A stretch of DNA of 64,000 nucleotides, from assembly GCA_963704165.1 (NCBI GenBank), contig CAVPHD010000001.1, forward strand, positions 500,607 through 564,606, given 5' to 3'. The notes below the pieces were generated by a model. It made no database searches. It saw only the letters and a program-made list of their open reading frames with translations, and was not told where the DNA came from. Positions 47,660 to 60,203 of this stretch are shown here, one piece after another. How positions within the stretch are numbered: position 1 is the first letter of the stretch; each line of letters begins with the position of its first letter. The position numbers and the translations under genes were made by a program. The stretch comes from an uncultured delta proteobacterium (lineage in GTDB: Bacteria; Myxococcota_A; UBA9160; SZUA-336).

Positions 47660-48688
47660 TTACGTCCCCTGTTGGCGCGGGTCGAGGGCATCGCGCAGCC
47701 CGTCCCCGAGCAGGTTGTACGCGGTCACCGTGACGAAGATCGCGGCGCCGGGGAAGACGGCGAGCCACCACGCGGTGGTGTTGGACTGCGCGACCGCGAG
47801 GATCGATCCCCAGGTGACGACGTGCGCGGGCACGCCGATGCCCAGGAACGACAGGCCCGACTCGGTCAGGATCGCGCTCGCGACGCCGAACGACATCGAG
47901 ACCAGCACGGGCGCGATCGCGTTGGGCAGGATGTGGCGGAGCATGATGCGCGTGTCTCTCGCGCCGAGGCTCTGCGCCGCCGCGACGTAGTCCATCGCGC
48001 GGACGCGCAGGAACTCGCTGCGAATCAGACGCGCGATCCCGACCCAGCCGGTCAACCCGAGGATCACCATGATCAGATAGACCGACGGTTTGAAGACGGC
48101 GGCGACCGTGATGATCAGGAAGAACGTCGGGATGCCGAGCATCACCTCGAAGATCCGCGAGAGCACCAGGTCCGCCGGTCCGCCGTAATAGCCGGCGATC
48201 CCGCCGAGCAGAACTCCGATCGAGGCCTGGATCGCGACGACCACGAGTCCGATCGTGAGGGAGACGCGGATGCCGTGAATCAGACCGGCGGCGACGTCCC
48301 GCCCCAGACCGTCGGTGCCGAGCCAGTGCTCGCGCGACGGGGCCTCGAAGACGTCGCCGGTGATGTCCGGCACCGTCGCGCTGTAGGGAATCGGCGGCCA
48401 GTACACGCGGTCGGCCGTCGCTGCGAGGCGCGAGAAGCGCTGGTTCGCGAGCGGTGCCGGCCACTGACGGGCGCCGAGCCAGACCTGGTAGTCGATCAAC
48501 ACCGGGTAGTAGCTCTCGCCCTCGATCTCGATGTAGTACGGCTTGTCGTTCGCCACGAAATCCGCGAGCAACGCCAGCAGCGCGAGCAGTCCGATCACGC
48601 CGATTCCGAAGACCGCCCGCCGCTCGCGCCGGAGCGCGCGCCAGACGCGGGCGCGGGCACCCTCCACCGGCTCGTTCGACGCGCTCAC
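47660..48688 (-). CDS. ABC transporter permease (DppC/OppC type)
   Basis: GTG 48688 within track ORF 47660..49471, overlapping the upstream stop (GTGA). ...HWLGTDGLGRDV...AAQSLGARDTRIMLRHILPNAI (EAA loop). Confidence 0.82.
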   Translation of the reverse strand: MSASNEPVEGARARVWRALRRERRAVFGIGVIGLLALLALLADFVANDKPYYIEIEGESYYPVLIDYQVWLGARQWPAPLANQRFSRLAATADRVYWPPIPYSATVPDITGDVFEAPSREHWLGTDGLGRDVAAGLIHGIRVSLTIGLVVVAIQASIGVLLGGIAGYYGGPADLVLSRIFEVMLGIPTFFLIITVAAVFKPSVYLIMVILGLTGWVGIARLIRSEFLRVRAMDYVAAAQSLGARDTRIMLRHILPNAIAPVLVSMSFGVASAILTESGLSFLGIGVPAHVVTWGSILAVAQSNTTAWWLAVFPGAAIFVTVTAYNLLGDGLRDALDPRQQGT

Positions 48689-49713
48689 GCCCGCGATTTC
48701 CCGAAGCTGATGCGCGGATCGACGAGCGCGAGCGCGATGTCGGCGAGCAGAAAGCCGACCAGCGTCAGAAACGAGCTCGCGGTGAAGAGCGCGAGAACGA
48801 CCGGATAGTCGCGCGCGAGCACCGCCTGATAGCCGAGCTGCCCGATCCCGGGGATCGAGAAGATCCGCTCGATGATCACCGAGCCGCCGATCAGACCGGG
48901 AAGGATGCCCGCGAGAATCGTCACCATCGAGATCAGCGAGTTCCGGAGCATGTGTTTGCCGATGACGGTGCGCTCGGGAAGTCCCTTGGCGCGCGCGGTG
49001 CGGATGAAATCCTGGCGCGCGTTCTCGAGCATCGCCGAACGCATGTAGCGCGAGAGCTCCGCGTAGCTGCCGAGCGTGGTCAGGAAGAGCGGCAGCGCGA
49101 GGTGATAGGCGATGTCGGCCGCGCGCTGGCCGAGCGGCCAGTCCGCGCTGTAGTCGAGCGATCGCAGGCCGCCGGGGGGGAACCACGCGAAGTAGTCCCC
49201 GCCGCAGAAAAACACGATCAGAAGCACGCCGATCCAGAAGCTCGGCAGCGAGTACAGCATGAAGATCGAGATCGTCGAGATCTGATCGAAGCGGCTGCCC
49301 GGGCGCACGGCCGAGTAGATGCCCAGCGGTATCGCGATCAGGTACATGACGAAGATCGAGACCGCGGCGATCGTGATCGTGACCGGAAGCCGCGGACGGA
49401 TCTTCTCCCAGACCGGCTGGCGGTCCTTCATGCTCGTGCCGAGGTCGGAACGCAGCAGCCCCGCGAACCACCGCGCGTACTGCACGGGAATCGGCTGGTC
49501 GAGACCGAGCTCCTTTCGCAGCCGCGCCTTCGACTCCTCGAGATCGGCGAGCTTCTGCGTGCTGATGCCGCTCTGACCCGCGCCGAGCCCGCCCGAGAGG
49601 TACAGCTCGACGGGATCGCCCGGCGCGAGATGGATGATCGCGAAGCCGATGAAGGTGATCGCGATGAACGTCGGAACGAGCAGCGCGATTCGCCGGAGCA
49701 GGTAGAAGAACAC
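48685..49713 (-). CDS. ABC transporter permease (DppB/OppB type)
   Basis: GTG 49713 within track ORF 48685..49794: VFFYLLRRIALLVPTFIAITFIGFAIIHLAPGDP...TARAKGLPERTVIGKHMLRNSL (EAA loop). Confidence 0.82.
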   Translation of the reverse strand: MFFYLLRRIALLVPTFIAITFIGFAIIHLAPGDPVELYLSGGLGAGQSGISTQKLADLEESKARLRKELGLDQPIPVQYARWFAGLLRSDLGTSMKDRQPVWEKIRPRLPVTITIAAVSIFVMYLIAIPLGIYSAVRPGSRFDQISTISIFMLYSLPSFWIGVLLIVFFCGGDYFAWFPPGGLRSLDYSADWPLGQRAADIAYHLALPLFLTTLGSYAELSRYMRSAMLENARQDFIRTARAKGLPERTVIGKHMLRNSLISMVTILAGILPGLIGGSVIIERIFSIPGIGQLGYQAVLARDYPVVLALFTASSFLTLVGFLLADIALALVDPRISFGKSRA

Positions 49714-49724
49714 CGCGCTCGCCC

Positions 49725-51536
49725 TCAGCGATACTTCTGGCTCGCGACCGGAACCCACCACTCGGGCTCGAGCGTCGATCCGGTCGGGTACCACGTCACG
49801 CCTTGAAACCGGCGCGCGTAGGCCGCGAGCGACTTCGGCGCGTACACCCAGGTGTAGGGTTGCTCGTCGTGCAGGATCTCCTGCACGCGGTCGTAGAGCC
49901 GCTTGCGCTCGGCCGCGTCGAACTCGACGCGATACGTCTCGAGCAGGCGATCGACCTCTGCGTGCTTGAACGAGATGTGATTCGAGCCGCCCGCGACGGC
50001 CTGCGACGAGTGCCAGATCTGGAAGAGGTCGGGCGGGATCGTCCCGCTGTTCGTCCAGCCCAGGATCACCGCGTCGTAGTCGAAGCTCTTGACCTTCTCG
50101 AGCAGGATCGACCAGTCGATCGCGCGGAAGCTCGCGTCGATTCCCGCGCGCTTGAACTCGTCGACGACGACGAGCCCGAGGTTCTTGCGGTCGTCGTTGC
50201 CGGAGTTCGAGACGATCTCGAAGCGCAGCGGCACGCGCTCACCGTCGAAGTCCTTGTCGAGAATCCCGTCGCCGTTCGTGTCGGTCCAGCCGGCCTCCGC
50301 GAGCAGCGCCTTGGCCTTCGCGGGATCGAAGCTCCAGCGCGGGAGCGCGGAGTTGAACTCGGGACGCCCGGGGTAGATCGGGGACTCGACCGGATCGGCC
50401 AGGCCGAGCAGGAGCTTGTCGCAGACGTTCTGCTTGTCGACGAGGTGCGAGAGCGCCTGCCGCAGCCGCTTGTCCGAGAAGATCGCGCGCTTCTGGTTCC
50501 AGCCGATGTACGTGTAGCTGCCCGCGCGATCGACGTGCTTCAAGACGCGCTCGTCGAAGCGCGCGTCGCTGGTCTGCTTCAGGTACTGCACCGGGCGCAG
50601 GCCCATGAAGTCGACCGCGCCCGCCTTCAGCGCCGCGAGCGCCGCGTCGAAGTCGTTGATCACGCGGTAGACGACGCGGTCCACCCACGGATCGCCGAGC
50701 AGCGGCTGGCCGGGCGCGAAGTACCCCTCGCGATGGCGGAGCTCGATCTTCTCGCCGGTCACGTAGTCGCGCGCGGGGTCGTCGAGCACGAGCGCACCGG
50801 GGCCACGCGGCCGCCGGTTGAATCCCTCGTTGAAGGCCTTGGCGAAGCGCTGGGCGCGGTCCTTCTTCGAGGGCTCGAGCTCGTCCCAGTGATTCAGCTC
50901 GGCGACGCTGATCCCGTCGAGCAGATTCTCGGGGTCGTAGTAGCTGCGCGGGATCGGGCTGATGCCGCCGAGCATCCAGTCGTTCAGGAAGTACACCTCG
51001 CCGAGCTCGATGCGGACCGTGTGCGGATCGACGACCTCGGCGTCGGCCACCGAGTTGTAGTAGTTGCGCTGGGGCGCGGCGTTGACCAGCGGATGGCGGA
51101 TCGCCTTCAGCGTGAACACCACGTCCTCGGCCGTGAGCGGAGCTCCGTCGCTGAACGTGACGTCGTCGCGCAGCCGGTAGGTGTAGGTGAGATGGTCCGC
51201 CGACACCTCGGGAAGCTCGCGCGCGAGCAGCGGCTCGAGCGCGAGCGTGTTCTGATCGATGCGGACGAGCGCCGGAAAGATCCAGCCGAGCACCGCGCTC
51301 GCGCCCGCGTCGTTCGAGGTGAGCGGATTCAGGTTCTCGGGATCCGAGAGCGAGTGGATCACGAGCCAGTCGCCGCGCACCGCAGGCCCGACGTCCGCCG
51401 GCTCGGCGGTGGGTGCGGGCGCGGCCTCGGCCGCCGACTCATCCGTCGCGGCACCCGTCTTCTCGCTCTCGCCCGGTCCGCCGCACGCGACGAGCGCGAG
51501 CGCGCAGACGAGTGTGCAGAGCTTGAATCGAATCAT
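49725..51536 (-). CDS. ABC transporter substrate-binding lipoprotein, family 5 (peptide/opine/nickel type)
   Basis: ATG 51536 within the 1027-aa track ORF 49725..52808: MIRFKLCTLVCALALVACGG (lipobox)...NPLTSNDAGAS...TYRLRDDVTFSDGAPLTAEDVVFT...YIGWN.... Confidence 0.82.
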   Translation of the reverse strand: MIRFKLCTLVCALALVACGGPGESEKTGAATDESAAEAAPAPTAEPADVGPAVRGDWLVIHSLSDPENLNPLTSNDAGASAVLGWIFPALVRIDQNTLALEPLLARELPEVSADHLTYTYRLRDDVTFSDGAPLTAEDVVFTLKAIRHPLVNAAPQRNYYNSVADAEVVDPHTVRIELGEVYFLNDWMLGGISPIPRSYYDPENLLDGISVAELNHWDELEPSKKDRAQRFAKAFNEGFNRRPRGPGALVLDDPARDYVTGEKIELRHREGYFAPGQPLLGDPWVDRVVYRVINDFDAALAALKAGAVDFMGLRPVQYLKQTSDARFDERVLKHVDRAGSYTYIGWNQKRAIFSDKRLRQALSHLVDKQNVCDKLLLGLADPVESPIYPGRPEFNSALPRWSFDPAKAKALLAEAGWTDTNGDGILDKDFDGERVPLRFEIVSNSGNDDRKNLGLVVVDEFKRAGIDASFRAIDWSILLEKVKSFDYDAVILGWTNSGTIPPDLFQIWHSSQAVAGGSNHISFKHAEVDRLLETYRVEFDAAERKRLYDRVQEILHDEQPYTWVYAPKSLAAYARRFQGVTWYPTGSTLEPEWWVPVASQKYR

Positions 51537-51669
51537 TGAATCCCCCCGATGGACGCGTCCGAGATCTTGCCCTTGCAAGAAAGCCCTCGCACGGACCATA
51601 GCTCGCGCTATGATCCGATTCGCTCCTGATCGTCCTCCCCGATTCACAACTTCCCCCCTCGAGGGATGC

Positions 51670-51903
51670 ATGAACGGCAGCACAGACTGCAGGGGTGGCG
51701 ACCGCCGGGCGAACGAGCGCGGCGTACCACTCGAGCTCGTGATCGGGCGCGAGACGATTCGCGTCTGGCTCGACGACGCGGGTATCCATTTCCGACACGC
51801 GGACGGATCGCCCACCGAGGGGCACTTGCCCTGGTCGGTCGCCATCGCGATGTCGCTCATTCCCGCCGATTCACCTCGCATCGGAACGATCGAGGCCGCA
51901 TAG
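51670..51903 (+). CDS. small hypothetical protein (77 aa)
   Basis: An internal ATG of track ORF 51259..51903 is preceded by GAGGGA. GC3 is high from this point on. MNGSTDCRGGDRRANERGVPLELVIGRETIRVWLDDAGIHFRHADGS.... The stop lies 5 nt before the next gene. Confidence 0.4.
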   Translation: MNGSTDCRGGDRRANERGVPLELVIGRETIRVWLDDAGIHFRHADGSPTEGHLPWSVAIAMSLIPADSPRIGTIEAA

Positions 51904-51908
51904 CCGGA

Positions 51909-52648
51909 ATGGGTCTTCTCTTCGGACTTCTCGGCTTCGTCGCAGGGAGCGGATTCGCGTGGTTGATTCTGCGCCGGAGACGACCGCCAACGCCGGTGGT
52001 GTCGCTCGCCGATCGCGACGTCGTTCCGGAGCGCAAACCCCTCACCCCGGTGCGCGAGCTCGGCGTGGAGCGGGAGAACGATCGTGCGGCGCCTCCCCAC
52101 CTGATCTCGCTGATCGGCGACGCGATCCGCGAGCCGCTGCGCCAGCTTCGCCGCTCGGGAGAGGTGCCGGGCGAGGCGCTCGCGAGGCTCGAGCGGATCG
52201 CCTGGCAGGTGCGGATGCTCGTCGCGAGACCGCGTCCGATGCGCGCGGCGCCCACGGCTCCGATCGCGCTGCTCCAGGAAGCGGCTGAGCAGATTCCGCT
52301 CCTGCGCGACGGCTCGGTCGGCACCTCGTGGTCGGTGCTGAACCGTCAGCCCGTTCACGTCGATCCCGAGCGAATGCGCGCCGCATTCCGGGCGCTGCTC
52401 GAGTCCGGCGCGGAGCTCGCCGGCGTGGGCGGCCGGATCGGAATCAAGATCCTGCGCGGTGACGCGGAGGGCTTCCCGGTCCAGATCGAGATCGAGATCG
52501 GCCGCCGCGGCACCGAGCTCGACGCGCTCTCGATGCTCGTGACGCGTCACCTGATCGAGAGCCAGGGCGGCCGGCTCGAGATCGACGGCAACATGACGCG
52601 CGTCTCGCTGCGAAATGCCGGACCCGAGGAGCAGATCGCCTCGGTCGC

Positions 52649-52652
<4 letters not shown>
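51909..52652 (+). CDS. membrane-anchored histidine-kinase-like protein lacking the phospho-acceptor His
   Basis: Met82 of track ORF 51666..52652. It has a TM segment ([21 protein letters not shown]), a DHp-like helix ([19 protein letters not shown], no SHE/H-box), and a CA-like end ([20 protein letters not shown]...IEIGRRG...[14 protein letters not shown]). Confidence 0.6.
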
Positions 52653-55431
<2,779 letters not shown>

Positions 55432-55435
<4 letters not shown>

Positions 55436-56372
55436 GACGGCAGCCTCGAGAGCTCGCGGCGCAGCAGCACGAGGAAGAGCGGCCCGCCGACGAGCGCGGT
55501 GAGGGCGCCGACCGGAAGCTCGATCGGCGCGAGCACGACGCGCGCGAGCGTGTCCGCGATCACCAGGAAGGCCGCGCCGGCGAGCGCCGAGGCGGGAAGC
55601 AGCGTGCGGTGGTCGGAGCCGATCGCCAGACGGAGCAGGTGCGGCACGATCAGGCCGACGAATCCGATCAGACCCGACACCGCGACCGACGCGCCGATCA
55701 TCAGCGCGCTCGCGGCGAGGACGTGCCGGCGCGTGCGCGGCACGTCGACACCGAGGTGGGCCGCCGTCTCGTCGCCCTGCGCGAGCAGGTTCAGCGCGTA
55801 GGCGTGGCGCAGCGCGATTCCGAGTCCGATCGCGAAGAGCGCCGCCACGCCCGCGAGAAGCGCCGGCTCGACCAGGCGGATCGAGCCGATCAGCCAGAGG
55901 AAGACGCTCGCGACCCGCGACAGATCCGCGGCGCTGGTCACGAACACGATCAGCGACGATGCGAACGCGTTGAACACGACGCCGGTGAGCAGCAGGCTGT
56001 GCGCGGGAGCGCGACCGCCCGAAGCCGGCGATCGCGTAGAGCAAGAGGCTCGCGCCGAGCGCCCCGGCGAACGCGACCAGCGGCACGGCCGAACCGCCGA
56101 GCCAGAACCCGGCGCCGAGCGCCAGCGCCGCGACGCCGCCGAGCGCCGCGCCACCCGAGATTCCGAGCACGTACGGATCGGCGAGCGGATTCTGCAGGAG
56201 CGCCTGGAGCAGCGCTCCCGCCGTCGCCAGCCCCGCGCCGACGATCGCGGCGAGCAGCGCGCGCGGCAGGCGGATCTCGAAGCACGATCGCGGCGGTCGG
56301 ATTCTGCGCCGACCCGATCCACAGGCTTGCGCCGACGCAGGCGAGCACGAGCAGCCCGAGCCATCCGAGCAC
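55432..56372 (-). pseudogene. FecCD/BtuC-family ABC permease; two +1 frame breaks (~56279-84, ~56014-22)
   Basis: (V)[20 protein letters not shown]...AAIV / [48 protein letters not shown]...YAIAGFG / [18 protein letters not shown]...[16 protein letters not shown]...[20 protein letters not shown] (track ORFs 55950..56372, 54593..56533 and 55432..56526). Confidence 0.82.
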
Positions 56373-56384
56373 CGGACGCGAAGC

Positions 56385-57254
56385 TCACGGCGCGCGGCTC
56401 GCTTCGAAGTCGGGGTGGACGCGCGCGCGCAGGATCCGCGCGCCCTCGGCGAGCCGCGCGCCGGGCAACGTCGCGACGCGCGACGACACGATCTCGACGC
56501 GGCGCACGAAGCTGAAGCGCGACCAATAGGCACGGGCTTCGCGCTCCGTCTCCGGTCCGGTCGCCGCGACCTGCGTCGAGTCGATCAGCACGTCGGGAGC
56601 GCGCTCGGCGAGAAGCTCGAGCGAAACCTGTGGATAGGCGCTCGGAAGGTCGGCGAAGACATTTCGCCCGCCGGCGACCTCGATCAACGCGCTCGCGAAG
56701 CTGCCGCCCGCGGCGACGTAGAGCGGCTCGCGTTCGACGACCAGCGCGACGCTCGGTCGCGCGAACACTTCGACCGAACGCGAGACGTCGGCGAGTTGCT
56801 CGCGCACGCGAGCGACGAGCGCCCGCGCTTCGGGCTCGCGCCCGATCTCTCGCCCGATCTCCTCGTAGGTGCCGAGGACCCGTTCGAGCGAGCCGCTCGA
56901 ATCGATCTCGTGGACGCGGATGCCGCGCGAACGGAGCTGCGCGAAGAACGCCCCCTGCGACTCGCTCCGAACGCCGAGCACCAGCGTCGGCCGGAGTTCG
57001 AGCGCGCGCTCGAGGTCGGGCGCGAAGAGACCGCCGAGCGAGGGCAGCTCGCCAATTCCCGGAAGCGCGCGCGAGTACTGGTCGACGCCGACCAGCATGT
57101 CTCGCTCACCGAGCGCCATGACGATGTCGGTCGTCGAGGGCGAGAGTGAGATGACGCGCGGCACGCCGATCTCGGCCGCGGGCTCGCTCGCGCTGCACGC
57201 GCAGGAGACCGCGATGGCGAATGCGATCCAGCGGGCGCTTCGGGGGATGCGCAC
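56385..57254 (-). CDS. periplasmic binding protein of a cobalamin/siderophore-type ABC importer (BtuF/FecB fold)
   Basis: [20 protein letters not shown]... [26 protein letters not shown]...LRPTLVLG...[10 protein letters not shown]. This is the typical PBP type 2 / BtuF pattern. Confidence 0.78.
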   Translation of the reverse strand: MRIPRSARWIAFAIAVSCACSASEPAAEIGVPRVISLSPSTTDIVMALGERDMLVGVDQYSRALPGIGELPSLGGLFAPDLERALELRPTLVLGVRSESQGAFFAQLRSRGIRVHEIDSSGSLERVLGTYEEIGREIGREPEARALVARVREQLADVSRSVEVFARPSVALVVEREPLYVAAGGSFASALIEVAGGRNVFADLPSAYPQVSLELLAERAPDVLIDSTQVAATGPETEREARAYWSRFSFVRRVEIVSSRVATLPGARLAEGARILRARVHPDFEASRAP

Positions 57255-57296
57255 GACGCTGTTCTAGCACTTCACTCGCGCGCGCGTCCCGAAAGC

Positions 57297-57331
57297 GGGG
57301 GCGCGGACGACCCTGCGGCCGCCGCGCCCCC
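57297..57331 (-). terminator. GC-rich hairpin after comEA (possible intrinsic terminator with a weak U-tract)
   Basis: gggggcgcgg (57297-57306) and ccgcgccccc (57322-57331) form a 10-bp perfect stem with a 15-nt loop. On the minus strand it is followed by GCTTTC. It starts 8 nt after the comEA stop. Confidence 0.4.
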
Positions 57332-57338
57332 GGACCGT

Positions 57339-57683
57339 TCAGTTGCCCGACTGCGCGGTCGTCTTGCCGTCGAGCGTCACGTGCGGCCGCATGCGCTCGA
57401 GCGCCTTGTCACCGATGCCCTTCACTTCCGAAAGGTCGTCGACGCGCTTGAACGCACCGTGCTGCTTGCGGTACTCGAGGATGGCCTGCGCCTTCGCAGG
57501 GCCGACACCGGGCAGGAGCGAGAGCTCCTCCGCGGTGGCCGAGTTCACGTTGACGACACCGGCAATTGCGGCGCCTCCCGCGTGCCCGGCCGGCTCGTTC
57601 CCGGCGGCGATGGCCACGTTGCACAGAAATGCCACCAGCGCGATCGCGCTCGCGGCCCGGACGATCCTTGCTCGGATCTTCAT
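57339..57683 (-). CDS. comEA: ComEA-family helix-hairpin-helix DNA-binding protein
   Basis: Met66 of track ORF 57339..57878. Signal/anchor MKIRARIVRAASAIALVAFLCNVAIA, then VNVNSATAEELSLLPGVGPAKAQAILEYRKQHGAFKRVDDLSEVKGIGDKALERM. Confidence 0.85.
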   Translation of the reverse strand: MKIRARIVRAASAIALVAFLCNVAIAAGNEPAGHAGGAAIAGVVNVNSATAEELSLLPGVGPAKAQAILEYRKQHGAFKRVDDLSEVKGIGDKALERMRPHVTLDGKTTAQSGN

Positions 57684-57741
57684 ACCCTGCCTTTCCTTCG
57701 TTGGGGTGAGGAAAGCGGGTGAGGCGGGGAAACCTGTTGGA

Positions 57742-58753
57742 CTAGCTCTGGCGGCCGACGACGAAGTCCGCGAGCGCGAGCATCGCGTGCTTCGCCTCGC
57801 AATCCACGAACGGTTCGATCTGCGAGCGCGCCTGGCTGCCGAGCTGCTCCGCACGGGCGAGCGCGCTCTCGACGCCACGGTGCCGGGCCACGCACTCGGC
57901 CACGCGTTGCACGCTCTCGCGGTCCGGGCTGCGCCCGGCGGCGCTCTGCAGCGCGAACTCCTTCAAGAGGGCCGAGATCGCATCGCGCTCCCCTGTGCTG
58001 CAGCGCTTCAGGGTCGCGATCAACGGCAGCGTGAGCTTTCCCTCCGCCACGTCGGTGAGTGGCGCCTTGCCGAGGTCCCGCTCCGTGCCGGCGTAGTCGA
58101 GCGCGTCATCGACGAGCTGGAAGGCGAGGCCGAGGAGCCAGCCGTACTCGCGAACGGCGCGCCGCTCGGAACGAGTCACGCCACCGAGGATCGCACCCGC
58201 CTCGGCCGCGGCGGCGAGCAGGCTCGACGTCTTTCCGCCGATCACTTCTAGGTAGGTCGGTCTCGTTCATCTCGGGATCGAAGCTGCGCGTCAGCTGAAG
58301 GACCTCGCCCTCGGCCATCGCGCGGATGCTCTCGGCGAAGGCCGCGAGAATGTCGGGGTCCCCGTCCTCGACGAGCGTCTGACAGGTTCGCGCGTAGAGG
58401 AAGTCGCCGACGAGGATCGCGAGCTTGCTGCCGAAGTGCGCGTTCACGCTCGGACGCCCGCGCCGGGTCTCCGCGCCGTCGACGACGTCGTCGTGCAGGA
58501 GCGACGCGCTGTGCAGGTACTCGGCCGCGGCCGCGATCTGGATCGCGCGCGGACCGCGATAGCCGCAGAGTCGAGCGGCGAGCAGAACCATGACGGGCCG
58601 GACGCGTTTGCCGCCGCTTCCGAACGTGTGCTCGCCGATCGTCGGAATCACCGGCGCGACGGAGCGCATGCCGGCACGCATGACGCGCTCGACCTGATCG
58701 AGGTCGTCGCGCAGGAAGCTGATGATGCGGTCGAGATCGGGGGCGGCTGTCAA
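57742..58753 (-). pseudogene. ispB: all-trans polyprenyl-diphosphate synthase (IspB-like); one +1 frame break at ~58254-58258
   Basis: Track ORF 58106..58753 (…GGKRVRPVMVLLAARL…LHSASLLHDDVVDGAETRRGRPS…EGEVLQL…NETD) continues as track ORF 57742..58245 (YLEVIGGKTSSLL…GLAFQLVDDALDY…GKAPLTDVAEGKLTLP). Both DDxxD boxes are present. Confidence 0.85.
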
Positions 58754-58805
58754 CTCGCTTGCATCCGGTAGGAGGTTCGGCGAGTCTAGCCCGCGGCGGG
58801 GGGCG

Positions 58806-58862
58806 ATGTCAAAGATTCCGATGCCAAATCCGCTTCCATTCCAAGTAGTTAACGGAAGTTCT
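58806..58862 (+). pseudogene. bioF: orphaned 5' fragment of bioF (start codon plus ~19 codons), separated from the gene body by the IS insertion
   Basis: ATG 58806 is preceded by GGGGGG: atg tca aag att ccg atg cca aat ccg ctt cca ttc caa gta gtt aac gga agt tct. It runs in frame into cgg ctc gac gcc gag... at 62435 once 58863-62434 is removed. Confidence 0.5.
58855..58862. repeat. target-site duplication, left copy (gaagttct)
   Basis: An identical 8-mer sits at 62427-62434, each abutting the outer end of a terminal inverted repeat. Confidence 0.7.
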
Positions 58863-58884
58863 CGGAATTAGGTACTTGACGCAA
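58863..58884. repeat. left terminal inverted repeat (cggaattaggtacttgacgcaa)
   Basis: The reverse complement of 62405-62426 is ggcaattagatacttgacgcaa: 19 of 22 positions are identical, with a 12-nt perfect core (tacttgacgcaa). A subterminal ctagNcta motif lies ~35-38 nt in from each end (58901-58908; 62384-62391). Confidence 0.75.
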
Positions 58885-58916
58885 CAGTCTCCGCCTGACC
58901 CTAGACTAGGCGCAGT

Positions 58917-59222
58917 TCATTGAGACGGTGTGACCTTGGACCTCCGCAGCGTCGGCCAGTCGGAGAACCCAAGTGCCCAGCGAGCCGCGAAGATGCAGCC
59001 GGCGATTGGAGCCCACTTCCCGGCGTGGAAAACGATCACCAGCCTGAGCATTCGGAGTGCGGGGCTCGCGGCCTCGACCCCGACGGGAGCGAACAGGGAG
59101 TCGCCCCCGCTCAACACTCGAACGACCGAATCGAGCGACTTGAACATCTGCCAGGACCAATACGCCGACCAAACAGCGATCGCGAGCCGACACGCAAAGC
59201 CGAACCAGTTCTCCCGTTTCAC
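58917..59222 (-). CDS. small putative membrane protein (101 aa), IS cargo
   Basis: Track ORF 58917..59222 has two hydrophobic stretches (WFGFACRLAIAVWSAYWSW; LRLVIVFHAGKWAPIAGCIFAARWALGF). It is co-oriented with the NYN gene. Overlapping plus-strand ORFs look less protein-like. Confidence 0.35.
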   Translation of the reverse strand: MKRENWFGFACRLAIAVWSAYWSWQMFKSLDSVVRVLSGGDSLFAPVGVEAASPALRMLRLVIVFHAGKWAPIAGCIFAARWALGFSDWPTLRRSKVTPSQ

Positions 59223-59416
59223 GCCGCGGGTCTCCGGCTCAGCGCCGAACCGCTTTGCGCCGTGTTCTCTTCTTCTTCGGCCGCTCCGGCCATCCGCCCT
59301 CGGGCTTTCGCTTGGAGACCGCTCCTTTCAGCGCATCCTCCCAGGTTCCTGGCAGATGTAGCGCTCTAGCGTCTGGCCCGGTGTTCTTGGTCTTCCGATT
59401 TGCCACGGGTGAAACT

Positions 59417-60067
59417 CTAAGAGCCTGCCGGCGGCAAGTATTTCTGGGGGCAGCGGGCAACCACGATTCCCGTCGAGTCCTTGACCTCTAGGGGAAAGAG
59501 GCTCTTGCGCAGGTGTTTCGGCTCGATACTGCGAAGGCTCGGATATCCACCGAATGCGTGCACGATCTCCTTGCTGTGCCGCCGCTTCGGTGGCGCAACG
59601 AGCCGAAGGGGCTTCGTGGGGAACTGCGTTCTGAGCATTCGCACAACAGGCGCCAGATCGGAGTCTGCCGAGAGAAGAAGTCCCATATCGTACGAGTTCT
59701 TGTACGCCTCGTTCAGCATGAAGAGGCCGATGTTCACGTCCGTCTCCTTTTCCTCGTGCGCGATCCACTTCCCGCCGCACTTCTTGCAACTGCGGTCCTT
59801 CGGCTTAAAGAACCCCATGACCGGCGTCACCCCCACGCCTTCCAGTGCAGCAACGTATTCGCGGTGGCGTGCATATGCATCTGGAAGCCATGTGGCGTAC
59901 GCAGAGAAGTAGTAGATCTCGCGCAACTCTTGGTATGGCTTGGGAACAAAGAGCTGCAGGAGCGCCCTTAGGTTCAACCACTTGAAGTGGTTCTGTCCAA
60001 TGTCATCAAGCGCATGGTAGATGTTGAACCCATCGACAAAGGCCGCGACTCGTTGTGTCCGTACCAT
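59417..60067 (-). CDS. NYN/LabA-like (PIN-fold) predicted ribonuclease with an inserted CxxC zinc ribbon, IS cargo
   Basis: Met82 of track ORF 59417..60310: MVRTQRVAAFVDGFNIYHAL (first acidic motif)...FKPKDRSCKKCGGKWIAHEEKETDVNIGLFMLNEAYKNSYDMGLLLSADSDLAPVVRMLR (the xKGVDV / SGDSDF-type motifs of NYN/LabA). Confidence 0.7.
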   Translation of the reverse strand: MVRTQRVAAFVDGFNIYHALDDIGQNHFKWLNLRALLQLFVPKPYQELREIYYFSAYATWLPDAYARHREYVAALEGVGVTPVMGFFKPKDRSCKKCGGKWIAHEEKETDVNIGLFMLNEAYKNSYDMGLLLSADSDLAPVVRMLRTQFPTKPLRLVAPPKRRHSKEIVHAFGGYPSLRSIEPKHLRKSLFPLEVKDSTGIVVARCPQKYLPPAGS

Positions 60068-60203
60068 GTTGGCCCTCAAGTCCGGCTGGACGACAGCCGA
60101 ATCCGCGTCTAAGATTCGCCTTGAGTCATCCCGCAAGGTTCGCCCTTGCGCCGCCCATGGGCTTCGGCCCATGGGCTTTTCTACATCAGATACGCGAAAA
60201 TGC

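Noticed and set aside
51610-51903. A PilZ-type c-di-GMP receptor assignment for the small ORF, based on RRANER.
   Set aside because: An RxxxR-like motif is present, but I could not find a convincing second (D/N)xSxxG motif, and the protein is short. It is kept as hypothetical only.
57255-57338. A cobalamin (or other) riboswitch upstream of the BtuF/FecB-type importer.
   Set aside because: The leader is only 84 nt and is mostly occupied by the comEA-proximal hairpin. That is far too short for a B12 riboswitch, and I saw no B12-box-like sequence.
58851-58865. An 11-14-bp direct repeat (acggaagttctcgg / gccgaagttctcgg) as the target duplication.
   Set aside because: The same bases are explained more simply as an 8-bp duplication (gaagttct) plus the first 3 nt of each inverted repeat (cgg / ccg). 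This fits the family's usual 8-bp duplication, though the boundaries remain uncertain by about 2 nt.
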